A DNA stretch of 64,000 bases, from the NCBI RefSeq assembly GCF_036365525.1, contig NC_090392.1, positions 75,036,345-75,100,344 on the forward strand, read 5' to 3'. The stretch is from Heterodontus francisci. Taxonomy: Eukaryota. The translations under genes were made by a program, and so were the position numbers. Of the stretch, positions 25,659-37,859 are shown in pieces; within the stretch, counting starts at the first letter, position 1, and each line of letters begins with the position of its first letter. The notes under the pieces were generated by a model that was not told the DNA's origin, searched no databases, and was given only the letters and a program-made list of their open reading frames with translations.

Positions 25659-25805
25659 CTGTCTTCACCTGGTGATCCTGTGTCACTACCCTGAATCACT
25701 GTTCTTTACCTAGTTATTCTTTATTACTCCCTTGAAGTGCTGTCTTCATCTAGTGATCCTCTGTGACTCCCTTGAACGGTTGGCTTCACCTGCTGATCTT
25801 GTGTT
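25659..25805. repeat. Degenerate ~40-bp minisatellite, ~3.5 copies
   Basis: Units like ctgtcttcacctggtgatcctgtgtcactaccctgaatca. Confidence 0.7.
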
Positions 25806-26316
25806 GTTCATCACATCAGTATACTTTTCTGTACCTTACAGTGCCTCTATACAGTAAAGTTTGTGAGGTCCCGAATATTACCAGTGTGTACCAGATACGT
25901 ATTGACTGTGAGTGAGGCAGTAGCTTTAGGGCCTCATACAAGTTACATCTATGTTTCTGTACTATTCGTAATTTTGCATTTCTCGGCTATTCCTCTGCAA
26001 TGATAACACAGGTGTTGTGGAGGAGATAAAGTAATATTTCCATTTCTCATTCTGAACCAGGCATTCTTAGTTTATGTGTGATAAGAGCTGACAAATGTTT
26101 GTGAGCAACCCCGGGCATAATAATCTATATTAGTGACCTTGTATGTAATTGGAAGTGAGGCACACTGTGTGTAATAACCTTCCGCTGAACCAGGGACTTT
26201 AATCTTAGTCATTTTATTGTCTTAATACTTAAGAATAAAAATGTATACAATCAAGAGTTAAAGGAGTCATTGTGATCTGAGCATTTGGTATCTTAGAACA
26301 AATTTCCCTTTCACAG

Positions 26317-27110
26317 CCTTTCATTGCAGCAGCTTTTTCGGGAGCAGAGTGTGAGCGAGTGAGCAGCTGGGAAGGTCGGTTTGAAAGTAAATTTAATTTC
26401 CTTTTGTTTTTCGGCGGAGGCCAGGGGGCTGCTGGGTAAGTAAAACACTATATATTTGGGCGGTTTAAAATAACTTTCCTTTCATTGCAGCAGCTTTTTC
26501 GGGAGCAGAGTGTGAGCGAGTGAGCAGCTGGGAAGGTCGGTTTGAAAGTAAATTTAATTTCCTTTTGTTTTTCGGCGGAGGCCAGGGGGCTGCTGGGTAA
26601 GTAAAACACTATATATTTGGGCGGTTTAAAATAACTTTCCTTTCATTGCAGCAGCTTTTTCGGGAGCAGAGTGTGAGCGAGTGAGCAGCTGGGAAGGTCG
26701 GTTTGAAAGTAAATTTAATTTCCTTTTGTTTTTCGGCGGAGGCCAGGGGGTTGCTGGGTAAGTAAAACACTATATATTTGGGCGGTTTAAAATAACTTTC
26801 CTTTCATTGCAGCAGCTTTTTCGGGAGCAGAGTGTGAGCGAGTGAGCAGCTGGGAAGGTCGGTTTGAAAGTAAATTTAATTTCCTTTTGTTTTTCGGCGG
26901 AGGCCAGGGGGCTGCTGGGTAAGTAAAACACTATATATTTGGGCGGTTTAAAATAACTTTCCTTTCATTGCAGCAGCTTTTTCGGGAGCAGAGTGTGAGC
27001 GAGTGAGCAGCTGGGAAGGTCGGTTTGAAAGTAAATTTAATTTCCTTTTGTTTTTCGGCGGAGGCCAGGGGGCTGCTGGGTAAGTAAAACACTATATATT
27101 TGAGCGGTTT
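26317..27110 (+). repeat. Tandem array of 161-bp monomers (~5 copies) forming the CR1 5'UTR
   Basis: tcattgcag starts at 26321, 26482, 26643, 26804 and 26965; copies nearly identical. Confidence 0.95.
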
Positions 27111-27289
27111 CTGAACCCGAGACACCACACTTGTCGTGTCTCCCACCCGCCCTCCTCCTCTAACCAAAAAAAAAAGGACTCGGTGGGGTGTTTATAAGGT
27201 AAGGCATTTTCGATTTCTCTGGTTTTATTGTGATTGGTAAAAACTTTTCGTTCCTTTTTCATTTAACTAAGTTAAACTTAAGATTAAAA

Positions 27290-28237
27290 ATGGCAGGAGA
27301 TCTCAGGCCCGTGTCATGCTCCTCTTGCTCAATGTGGGAGCTCAGGGACATGACTGATGTCCCTGACTCCTTCACGTGCAGGAAGTGTGTCCAACTGCAG
27401 CTCTTGTTAGACCGCATGACGGCTCTCGAGCTGCGGATGGACTCACTTTGGAGCATGCGCGATGCTGAGGAGGTCGTGGATAGCACGTTTAGTGAATTGG
27501 TCACACCGCAGATTAGGATTGCTGAGGGAGAAAGGGAATGGGTGACCAAAAGGCAGAGAAAGAGCAGGAAGGCAGCGCAGGAGTCCCCTGCGGTCATCTC
27601 CCTCCAAAACAAGTATACCGTTTTGGATACTGTTGAGGGAGATGGCTCACCAGGGGAAGGCAGCAGTAGCCAGGTCCATGGCACCGTGGCTGGCTCTGCT
27701 GTTCAGAAGGGCGGGAAAAAGAGTGGAAGGGCTATAGTCGTAGGGGATTCGATTGTAGGGGGAGTAGATAGGCGGTTCTGTGGTCGAAAACGAGGCTCCC
27801 GAATGGTATGTTGCCTCCCAGGTGCACGGGTCAGGGATGTCTCAGATCGGCTGCAGAACATTCTAAAGGGGGAGGGTGAACAGCCAGTTGTCATTGTGCA
27901 CATAGGCACTAATGATATAGGTAAAAAACGGGATGAGGTCCTACAAGCAGAGTTTAGGGAGTTAGGAGCCAAGTTAAAAAGTAGGACCTCAGAGGTAGTA
28001 ATCTCAGGATTACTACCAGTGCCACGTGATAGTCAGAGTAAAAATGAAAGAATAGTCAGGATAAATGCGTGGCTTGAGAGATGGTGCAGGAAGGAGGGGT
28101 TCAGATTTTTGGGACATTGGGACCGGTTCTGGGGGAGGTGGGACTATTACAAATTGGACGGTCTACACCTGGGCCGGACTGGAACCAATGTCCTTGGAGG
28201 TGCTTTTGCTAACGCTGTTGGGGAGGGTTTAAACTAA
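27290..28237 (+). CDS. CR1 ORF1p: zinc finger/leucine zipper plus SGNH/GDSL esterase
   Basis: CSSCSMW..CRKC zinc finger, heptad leucines, VVGDSIV, HIGTND, DGLH; ATG at 27290 (ORF track starts at GTG 27230). Confidence 0.93.
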   Translation: MAGDLRPVSCSSCSMWELRDMTDVPDSFTCRKCVQLQLLLDRMTALELRMDSLWSMRDAEEVVDSTFSELVTPQIRIAEGEREWVTKRQRKSRKAAQESPAVISLQNKYTVLDTVEGDGSPGEGSSSQVHGTVAGSAVQKGGKKSGRAIVVGDSIVGGVDRRFCGRKRGSRMVCCLPGARVRDVSDRLQNILKGEGEQPVVIVHIGTNDIGKKRDEVLQAEFRELGAKLKSRTSEVVISGLLPVPRDSQSKNERIVRINAWLERWCRKEGFRFLGHWDRFWGRWDYYKLDGLHLGRTGTNVLGGAFANAVGEGLN

Positions 28238-31191
28238 TGTGGCAGGGGGATGGGAACCAATTGAGGTCAGTTGACAGTAAAGAGGTAGTAACAAAAGCCT
28301 GTAAGGAACTAGATAATGAAGTCAGTGTGACTAAGGGGAAGAGCAGGCAGGGAGCAGATGATGAATATAAAGGGACTGGTGGTCTGAGGTGCATTTGTTT
28401 TAATGCAAGAAGTGTAGTTGGTAAGGCAGATGAACTTAGGGCTTGGATTAGTACCTGGGAGTATGATGTTATTGCTATTACTGAGACTTGGTTGAGGGAA
28501 GGGCATGATTGGCAACTAAATATCCCAGGATATCGATGCTTCAGGCGGGATAGAGAGGGAGGTAAAAGGGGTGGAGGAGTTGCATTACTGGTCAAAGAGG
28601 ATATCACAGCTGTGCTGAAGGAGGGCACTATGGAGGACTCGAGCAGTGAGGCAATATGGACAGAACTCAGAAATAGGAAGGGTGCGGTAACAATGTTGGG
28701 GCTGTACTACAGGCCTCCCAACAGCGAGCGTGAGATAGAGGTACAAATATGTAAACAGATTATGGAAAGATGTAGGAGCAACAGGGTGGTGGTGATAGGA
28801 GATTTTAATTTTCCCAACATTGACTGGGATTCGCTTAGTGTTAGAGGTCCAGATGGAGCAGAATTTGTAAGGAGCATCCAGGAGGGTTTTCTAGAGCAGT
28901 ATGTAAATAGTCCAACTCGGGAAGGGGCCATACTGGACCTGGTGTTGGGGAATGAGCCCGGCCAGGTTGTTGAAGTTTCAGTAGGGGACTACTTTGGGAA
29001 TAGTGATCACAATTCCGTAAGCTTTAAAATACTCATGGACAAAGACGAGAGTGGTCCTAAAGGAAGAGTGCTAAATTGGGGGAAGGCCAACTATACCAAA
29101 ATTCGGCAGGAGCTGGGAAATGTAGATTGGGAGCAGCTGTTTGAAGGTAAATCCACATGTGATATGTGGGAGGCTTTTAAAGAGAGGTTGATTAGCGTGC
29201 AGGAGAGACATGTTCCTGTGAAAATGAGGGATAGAAATGGCAAGATTAGGGAACCATGGATGACAGGTGAAATTGTGAGAGTAGCTAAGAGGAAAAAGGA
29301 AGCATACATAAGGTCTAGGCGGCTGATGAAAGACGAAGCTTTGAAAGAATATCAGGAATGTAGGACCAATCTGAAACGAGGAATTAAGAGGGCTAAAAGG
29401 GGTCATGAAATATCTTTAGCAAACAGGGTTAAGGAAAATCCCAAAGCCTTTTATTCATATATAAGGAGAAAGAGGGTAACTAGAGAAAGGATTGGCCCAC
29501 TAAAGGACAAAGGAGGAATGTTATGCTTGGACTCAGAGAAAATGGGTGAGATTCTAAACGAGTACTTTGCATCGGTATTCACCGAGGAGAGGGACATAAC
29601 GGATGTTGAGGTTAGGAACAGATGTTTGATTACTCTAGGTCAAGTCGGCATAAGGAGGGAGGAAGTGTTGGGTATTCTAAAGGGCATTAAGGTGGACAAG
29701 TCCCCAGGTCCAGATGGGATCTATCCCAGGTTACTGAGGGAAGCAAGAGAGGAAATAGCTGGGGCCTTAAAAGATATCTTTGCAGCATCCTTAAACACGG
29801 GTGAGGTCCCGGAGGACTGGAGAATTGCTAATGTTGTCCCCTTGTTTAAGAAGGGTAGCAGGGATAATCCAGGTAATTATAGACCAGTGAGCCTGACGTC
29901 AGTGGTAGGGAAGCTGCTGGAGAAGATACTGAGGGATAGGATCTATTCCCATTTGGAAGAAAATGGGCTCATCAGTGATAGGTAACATGGTTTTGTGCAG
30001 GGAAGGTCATGTCTTACCAACTTAATAGAATTCTTTGAGGAAGTGACAAAGTTGATTGATGAGGGAAGGGCTGTAGATGTCATATACATGGACTTCAGTA
30101 AGGCGTTTGATAAGGTTCCCCATGGCAGGCTGATGGAGAAAGTGAAGGCGCTTGGGGTCCAAGGTGTACTAGCGAGATGGATAAAGAACTGGCTGGGCAA
30201 CAGGAGACAGAGAGTAGCAGCAGAAGGGAGTTTCTCAAAATGGAGACGTGTGACCAGTGGTGTTCCACAGGGATCCGTGCTGGGACCACTGTTGTTTGTG
30301 ATATACATAAATGATTTGGAGGAAAATATAGGTGGTCTGATTAGCAAGTTTGCAGATGACACTAAGATTGGTGGAGTAGCAGATAGTGAAGGGGACTGTC
30401 AGAGAATACAGCAGAATATAGATAGATTGGAGAGTTGGGCAGAGAAATGGCAGATAGAGTTCAATCAGGGCAAATGCGAGGTGATGCATTTTGGAAGATC
30501 CAATTCAAGAGTGAACTATACAGTAAATGGAAAAGTCCTGGGGAAAATTGATGTCCAGAGAGATTTGGGTGTTCAGGTCCACTGTTCCCTGAAGGTGACA
30601 ACGCAGGTAAATAGAGTGGTCAAGAAGGCATACGGCATGCTTTCCTTCATCGGACGGGGCATTGAGTACAAGAGTTGGCAGGTCATGTTACAGTTGTATA
30701 GGACTTTGGTTCGGCCACATTTGGAATACTGCGTACAGTTCTGGTCGCCACATTATCAAAAGGGTGTGGATGCTTTGGAGAGGGTGCAGAGGAGGTTCAC
30801 CAGGATGTTGCCTGGTATGGAGGGCGCCAGCTATGAGGAGAGGTTGAGTAGATTAGGATTATTTTCATTAGAAAGACGGAGGTTGAGGGGGGACCTGATT
30901 GAGGTGTACAAAATCATGAGAGGTATAGACAGGGTGGATAGCAAGAGGCTTTTTCCCAGAGTGGGGGTTTCAATTACTAGAGGACACGAGTTCAAAGTGA
31001 AAGGGGAAAAGTTTAGGGGGGATATGCGTGGAAAGTTCTTTACGCAGAGGGTGTTGGGCACCTGGAACGCATTGCCAGTGGAGGTGGTAGATGCGGGCAC
31101 GATGGAGTCTTTTAAGATGTATCTAGACAGATACATGAATGGGCAGGAAGAAAAGAGATACAGAACCTTAGAAAATAGGCGACATGTTTAG
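28237..31191 (+). pseudogene. CR1 ORF2 (AP endonuclease + reverse transcriptase) with one premature stop
   Basis: FNARS, ITETW, GDFN, SDHN (APE); QGSVLGP, FADD (RT); in-frame TAA at 29983-29985 replacing Q of DR-Q-HGF. Confidence 0.95.
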
Positions 31192-31767
31192 AGAGAGGAT
31201 CTGGATCGGCGCAGGCTTGGAGGGCCGAAGGGCCTGTTCCTGTGCTGTAATTATCTTTGTTCTTTGTTCTTTGTCCCCTGAAGAGCGAAGGACAATCTGT
31301 GGGAGGGAATGCATTAGGTGGATCGTACTTTGTCCATTTCATCTCTCTCAATGTTTTCAGGTCAATCTCTCCTAAAATGTTCAATTTATAACTCCTAGTT
31401 GACTGACATTTGCTGAATCCACCCTTGAGTTCCAATAGTCTGCACGATTGTACTCTCATTCTTCTGCTGTTTGATTTTCACTTTGCTTTTCTTCTGCCAT
31501 TACTTCTCTCCTGAATGTGGCAACTCGTGTCAGCATTTGGTTCTGTGGGTGGTTAATGGTATTCAGCATCTTGCCAAAGCTCCATTTTTCATATTGGGGT
31601 TTGGACAGTGAGTGACGGTAAACGTTTCGACTGAAAGTGCCAGCCCAGATATACTGTTCGCACCCATATACCAATGTAAGAATGCAATGGGCAGGAAAAG
31701 ACCAGCTGGTCCATCAAGCCTGCCCCACACCTTGATGGCTGGAGCATCTTGACTAAACACTTCCTCC

Positions 31768-32133
31768 TAAAGGCCTGCTCGGGTCTGCGAAACAAAACCC
31801 AAACCGAGCCCAAAAGAACCACATCTGACCCGAGGCCGACCCGGTCCGAGTCCTTCCATTTTATCCCGCGTCCGACCCGACCTGACCATCAGTTAACTTA
31901 CCTTCCCTTTTTCAGTTTGTTGCTGATCTTCACAAGCTTAAAATAACTGTAACAAAACCACCTTTCTAGTCCAAAAATTAAATTAACATTGGAGCCACTT
32001 ACCTGTGATAGAGCGTGTCCGACCCGCCCCAACCCGAGCCTGAATGCCGGACCCAGAAGTGCAACCCGACCCCACCCAAACCCGACACATGTCATCAGGT
32101 CCCGTCGGGTTGGGGTCGGGTAGCTGGCCTTTT
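31768..32133. mobile_element. hAT-type MITE with (acccg)n subterminal repeats
   Basis: TIRs taaaggcctgct / agctggcctttt; 8-bp TSD CTTCCTCC (31760-31767, 32134-32141). Confidence 0.8.
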
Positions 32134-32235
32134 CTTCCTCCCCACTCCTCCGCCCACAGTTATCTAATTTCCTGGTAGAGGCAAAATAAAAGAGAAAAAC
32201 ACTCTGGGTCAATAGACAGCGATTAGGTTTGAGAA

Positions 32236-32325
32236 AACAAGAAATGCTGGAATCACTCAGCAGGTCTGGCAGCATCTGTGGAAAGAGAAGCAGAGTTAAC
32301 GTTTCGGGTCAGTGACCCTTCTTCG
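32236..32325 (-). mobile_element. 90-bp Penelope-derived insertion carrying a hammerhead variant
   Basis: 15-bp TSD GATTAGGTTTGAGAA (32221-32235, 32326-32340); homologous to 16875-16960. Confidence 0.85.
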
Positions 32326-32783
32326 GATTAGGTTTGAGAATCCTGGTTGCTTTTAGCACTACATATTTGAACATGTGCCTGAGTTTTTTTTTTAATTCAC
32401 CTTTAATTTTTGTCCCTGCTTATGGTTTACAGTTGGATTTTGTATTCTCTGTTGGTGCTTCCGAAAGTTTTTTTAACTGCTGCAATTCACAGTACGATGG
32501 CAGCAGCCTGGTTGTTTTGGCATGCACCTTAACATCATGTGAAAGCGGCAAGTTTTACCACACCATTATACTGGTAGACCAAAGGGATTAAAATAAAGAT
32601 CCTGCAAGACAGAAGTACAGCATTTTCTTAATGCCTAGACTTTTATCAGTACTGGAGGCACTGAAGTTACGTAGATGAGACAGGGAGAGTTAACTTTACT
32701 GCAGTAAGTTTTGAGCTTTGGTATAAATGGAAATAAAGAAAGAGGCTGACTTCAATATCAGGATGTCCAAGACAGCTTTACAG

Positions 32784-33648
32784 TGTCATGCTCAGCCCCC
32801 ATCTGCCACGAATGAGGCACATTAATTTTGTCATGAACATTGATTTTAAACTGTTACTGGATTGAAGAAAGGAAATGTTAATCAGATCAGCCGTGACTGG
32901 AAAATATCTTTGCATATTAACAGACAGTGATTGGAAGGACAAAGGATCCAATCCCTGACACATTCAGCCCCACAATGGACCTTGATCACCAGGTACTGTG
33001 TGTAAGAGGAGCATTCCAGAGACTGCTAAGGTGATACAATCCAAGACGTGGTCAGACCAGTTAGTCACATGACTTTTTCTGAATTGTACAAACAGTTTGA
33101 ACTGAGAGTGTCTGTTTGCTCCTGGACTGAAAAGGTCTCTCCTGTCTGCTCCCATCTCTCTCTCTCACAAGCCTCTGAATCCACTGAAGACACATGAACC
33201 CCAAGAGAGAAAAGTCTCGTACAGCGAACAAGGTTTAAGAAGAATACTGGCCCCCAACGAAAAGCAAGAACTACCTACAATCAAGGAATCTACAGTGAGC
33301 TCAAAGAACCGTAACAAAAACTCTTCAGATATTGCCTCAAACTTTTCACTTGATTTTTTCTTTTGCTCTTTTCTGTCTCTATTTGCATGTGTGTATTGCG
33401 TGGGTGCATCATGTATCTGTAGGCGTCAACCGAATTAGAGTTTAAGTTTAATAAATTCCAACTTTTCTTCTTTAAACCTAAGAAAGCCTGTTTGTGCTGG
33501 TTTCTTTGCCTTATAATTGAAAAACAGTGAACAAGGATTCACCAAGGGGGAGCTAAAAACTGTGTGTTTAAAAATAAAACCCTGTTACGGTAGGACCTGG
33601 TGAAGGCTGAGAGGGACCCCAAGACACCTTTCCCACCTGGTCGTCACA
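32784..33648 (+). mobile_element. Solo LTR (family A) inserted in a Deu-SINE
   Basis: TGTCATG...GTCACA; 4-bp TSD ACAG; SINE resumes ccaatgaagcacttttt. Confidence 0.88.
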
Positions 33649-36039
33649 ACAGCCAATGAAGCACTTTTTGAAATGCAGTTGCTTTTGTAATGTAGGAAAT
33701 GAAGCAGCCAATTTGTACACAGCAATGTGATAATTACCACATTATCTGTTTTCGGTATTGGTTGAGGGATAAATATTGGCCAGAAATGAACAGAAACAAG
33801 GCAAGATAATACTGTATTATTTTTCCTGAAATTATAGACAGGTGGGCAGGCAGGTGGGAGGTGAAGAGAAGAGAGAACACATTATACTAAAAATTCTCTG
33901 CACAGTATTAATGCAGAATTAATACTGTGGAAGTGAAAGTCACATAACATTTTATTCCAAAAGAGGCATCAGTTTCTAAACCTTTAATTTTTTCTGCTCT
34001 TCTTTCAAATATTCCTAGGGGATATTCCCTGTCTACCTGGGAGTGCAGATGAGGCTTCAGTTTAACATCTCATCCAAAAGAAGGCACCTCCAACAGTGCA
34101 GCACTCTCTCATTACCACCATGACTGACACAATAACAACTGTTCATGTTTTCCAAGCCAAAGTAATAAATTGCTAATTTTATCCAGTTGTTGTAGTAATA
34201 CAGATGCATGGGATGTAGAACTAGTAATGAGAAAGGTACAGTTAGTTCAGCATTTGCTGCCCAATGTGGATTTGCCATTGGTAATGTCTGTTGGAAGCAG
34301 ATAATAATTGTGAGCATATGTACTGTACACAAGAGATTTACCATGGTGTAAGGATCTAACAAACCAGCTTCTGAATTATCAATTATGCTGCCACCAGCTG
34401 GTTGGAAACAGACACAAAGAAAGATACTAATTGGCTGAGGCAGGCCTCTCCAAATTCTTTCAAAGTATGTAACGCGTTGAGTGGTTAAAACTCCTTTCTG
34501 CATAATTTAAAGATGAATTGCACATCCTGTGAAACAAATAACCCAAGGGAGCCAAATGGAGGCACTCAACAAGTGATCATCATTTCATATGTCCTAATAT
34601 TAATATGAAAGATGCTTAATACATTCTAAAATATAGTCTTGCATCTACACTGTTGTAATGTAAATTCATTGCACTGTTTTGGATTCTTAGCCAAAGCATC
34701 AAAGTTTTTCCAGCCTCCCATTGTCTCCTGAAGCCAATGATTCGTGCTGGGGGCAAATCTACAATTGCCAGTAGCTATATGTTAGCTCACCTGGTTAGAT
34801 GTTCTTCAAATTCAAAGCGACATTGTGAGTCTTGCCTAGATATTTAACTGTGAGGGCATCACAACTGAGTCCAATCTCGTTCTCATTTGATGGACACTCA
34901 TACATGAGCACTTCTCAGCAGAAGTCAATGAAGAGTAAAAACCCCCTTCCCTAGTCTAAGGCACATTGGTATCACCCCTACTGTTGTCCTGGCTTGTAGC
35001 AGCTAACACTGATCTTCCTGACCTATGCAACTTACTCACTACACCAGGTGACACTTTTACTTTCTCGGCCATTGGTAACCTAACTTTGCTTCTCGATTTA
35101 CGTTATCTTCTTTTTAGGTTTGGGGTATCATGGACTCAGTTTCTTTACCAAGATCAGCAAATTAAAAACAAACTAATGTAAATAGAGTCAGTGAATCAAT
35201 CATTGTACTGTTGAATAATGAGGAGGTGCAAGATTAAAAGCTGTTTTCCATAATCCTGCCCATATCACATGTGGCCTGGGTCTCCCATCTGAGATGCCCC
35301 TGGAATTTTCCCAGTAATAAATAAGTAAAATTTGCACCAATGCCACATGCCAGGTGCCTATCCCATGATGTGGAAACAGCGATTGCTTCCACACCAGGAA
35401 AAAACATACAGGAAGTAGCTAAAGCCTGAATATTTCAGAAACATTACAAGCTAATCCTCTAACTGAATGGCTTTTTGACACATAAACTATTTGAGTGAAG
35501 CTATTTGTAACATTCATCTGAACACTAATAAGATTCCTGCTTGGAAATCAATCCTTGCTATTTGATATTCTTTTCTCATGCCTGTTTTACATGAAGATTA
35601 GTAGCTTTGTTGGTAATTTTATGTTTTTGTTTACGTGTAAAAATCCACTCCATAATCTCATAATGAATATATATTTTCAAAGTCTCTTTTTTTTAAACTC
35701 AATTTTCTCTACTAATTTTCTTTCTTCTATTCTGGGGTAGTATGGGTACTCCTTGCTACCTTGTCACAATGGCACTGTATGTGATAGAGTCAAGGCAGTC
35801 AGTTGGCAGGCAATTTGACCACAGTGGGGGAATCAAAGCTGATCCTGATCCAGTTCCCAGGCACACTTTGAGCAGCTGGTTTCTGAATGGTGATGGGGAG
35901 TGAGCATATGGCTGGTTTCCTTCTCCCTGAACCAGAGGAATCGGAGGTCAATTGTTACCATGCTAGTTGACATAGCACAGCCAGAGAATGGAATCTGCCC
36001 ACATTTCTATCTTGCTCTGTATGGCTCAGTCTGGATAAA

Positions 36040-36415
36040 TTTTTGAAGTCATCGCTAATGAGTCCGTATCACCATACCTAGATTTTAGAATGGTCTCCAT
36101 GGATTGAAAAGTAGCAAACATAACACTGCTGTTCAAGAAAGGAGGGAGAAAGAAAAAGCCGGTTAGCCTAACATCAGTGGTATGGAAAATGCTAGAATCT
36201 ACTATTAGGGACACAGTAAGAGAGCATTTGGAACATCATAATATGATCGGTTAGAGTCAACACAGATTTATGAAATGGAAATTGTGTTTGACAAATTTGT
36301 TAGCTTTTTGAGGTTGTAACTAACAGGGTAGATAAGGGGGACCCTTATCTAGTGTATTTGAATTTTTAAAGGCATTCAATAATATGCCACACAAGACATT
36401 ACAACAAAAAATTAG
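36040..36415 (+). mobile_element. Old CR1 ORF2 internal fragment
   Basis: gtagcaaacataacactgctgttcaagaaagg..ccggttagcctaacatcagtgg..gagtcaaca..gatttatgaa (RT N-terminal region), frameshifted. Confidence 0.75.
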
Positions 36416-37859
36416 GGCCTCAGTTTTACGTCTCAGCTAAAAAACAGCACCGCTGACAGTGCAGCACCCCTTCAGTGTCAGCCTAGATTAGGTGCTCATC
36501 TGACCATCTGGCTCAGACTTGTGAATGCTGCCGTCTCAGCTAAGTGTACCCTCTTTCAGATGCTCATCAACTGATTATGCTGAGCATTTTCTGTTCCTGT
36601 TTCTGACATACTGCAATCACAGATTTTGTTTCACTCTAACTCAACTTAGCTTGTCCCTGAGTTGGGGAAAATGGTTCAGATGAATTTGTTTTTCAAGAGT
36701 TTGTGGAACTTTGACAAGATTGTTGTTGCTGTCCCTTCCTCTATGTGAGTTTTAACAATGGTACAGGTGCATGTGTGGGTAGCAGGCAGAAGGTGGCAGG
36801 CATTGGTAAGGCAGATGAGTAGATCAGTTCAATGCCATTGTTGGCTACAATCCCAGTGATATCCAAGGCAACATACGATTCAGCTCAGAAGTGATATTTA
36901 ATCCCTGTTATTAATTCGGCATGGTTGGATGAGCAATCATCCATCTGGCAACTAACAAGTGCCTGTAAATTGGTAGATTTCTCTTATGATGGTCATTACA
37001 ATTCAGCAGGATTCAGCCGCGTTTGTATTTCAATAGCGGATTCTTTTGTCTTTTGGGACAAGAATCTATTTCTTGTTTTTTCCATTCCCCTGATGGGGAC
37101 ACGTATACACAGGTGCTGCCTACCGTCTTACCCAAGCAGCTATTCTTCAAGTGAGAGCTTAAACCATCAGTTACTGGGAGTTGTTCTTCTTAATTTCGAT
37201 ACCACCTTCCCCTGAGGATAGCGTGAAGTAGCGGAAGAATTCACAGGCTGATTAACAGTCTGACAGGCCACAATGTGATGCTTCTTCCCTGGTTGTAATC
37301 ATCTTTGTTTACCAGCCAATGGGACAGTTGGTCCGAATACAGGAGAAAGTTTTTGTGGGCTCCCAAAACCCATATATTGGGGACTAGGGATGAAGGCATC
37401 TATACCCATGAGATGTGAGTACCTGTTGGATAGCAACTCAGTATTCCAAGCTGGAAATCCTCTTGTGGGATTTGAACCCTGTATCTCCAGATGCAGAAAT
37501 GCTACCATTAGGCCAAAGGCTTGCTCTAATTGGGAGTTATGGGAATGCACTGGAGGTTATCACAATGAAGCCTACTCTTCCACTTACCTGATATCCTCAC
37601 GTGCACACTTTCCAGTGAAGTGCACTGGATAGCACTAGGGAATTCTAACTGGGTTTTTCTCCTTTAACCCAGAAACAGTGCAGCCCACTAATGGATCACT
37701 TGCCGCAGCCCTGACTAAGACCAATCAGCCCAACCTGGGGAGGGCTCAGATCTGAGCGCTTTCTACTCCACATGGCTTGGAAATTGCTACGAGTGTCAAG
37801 TTTTCAAAATGAATCACTTGCTCTTTAGCACAATTACTGCAAAGTAAGGGCCGCGCACA

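Larger units (their letters stand above)
26317..31275 (+). mobile_element. Full-length, very young CR1 LINE
   Basis: Monomer 5'UTR, intact ORF1, ORF2 with a single nonsense codon, 3'UTR gggccgaagggcctgttcctgtgctgt, (tctttgt)n tail. Confidence 0.95.

Noticed and set aside
26317-27110. Array as CRISPR or satellite
   Set aside because: No unique spacers; eukaryotic context; contiguous with the CR1 leader
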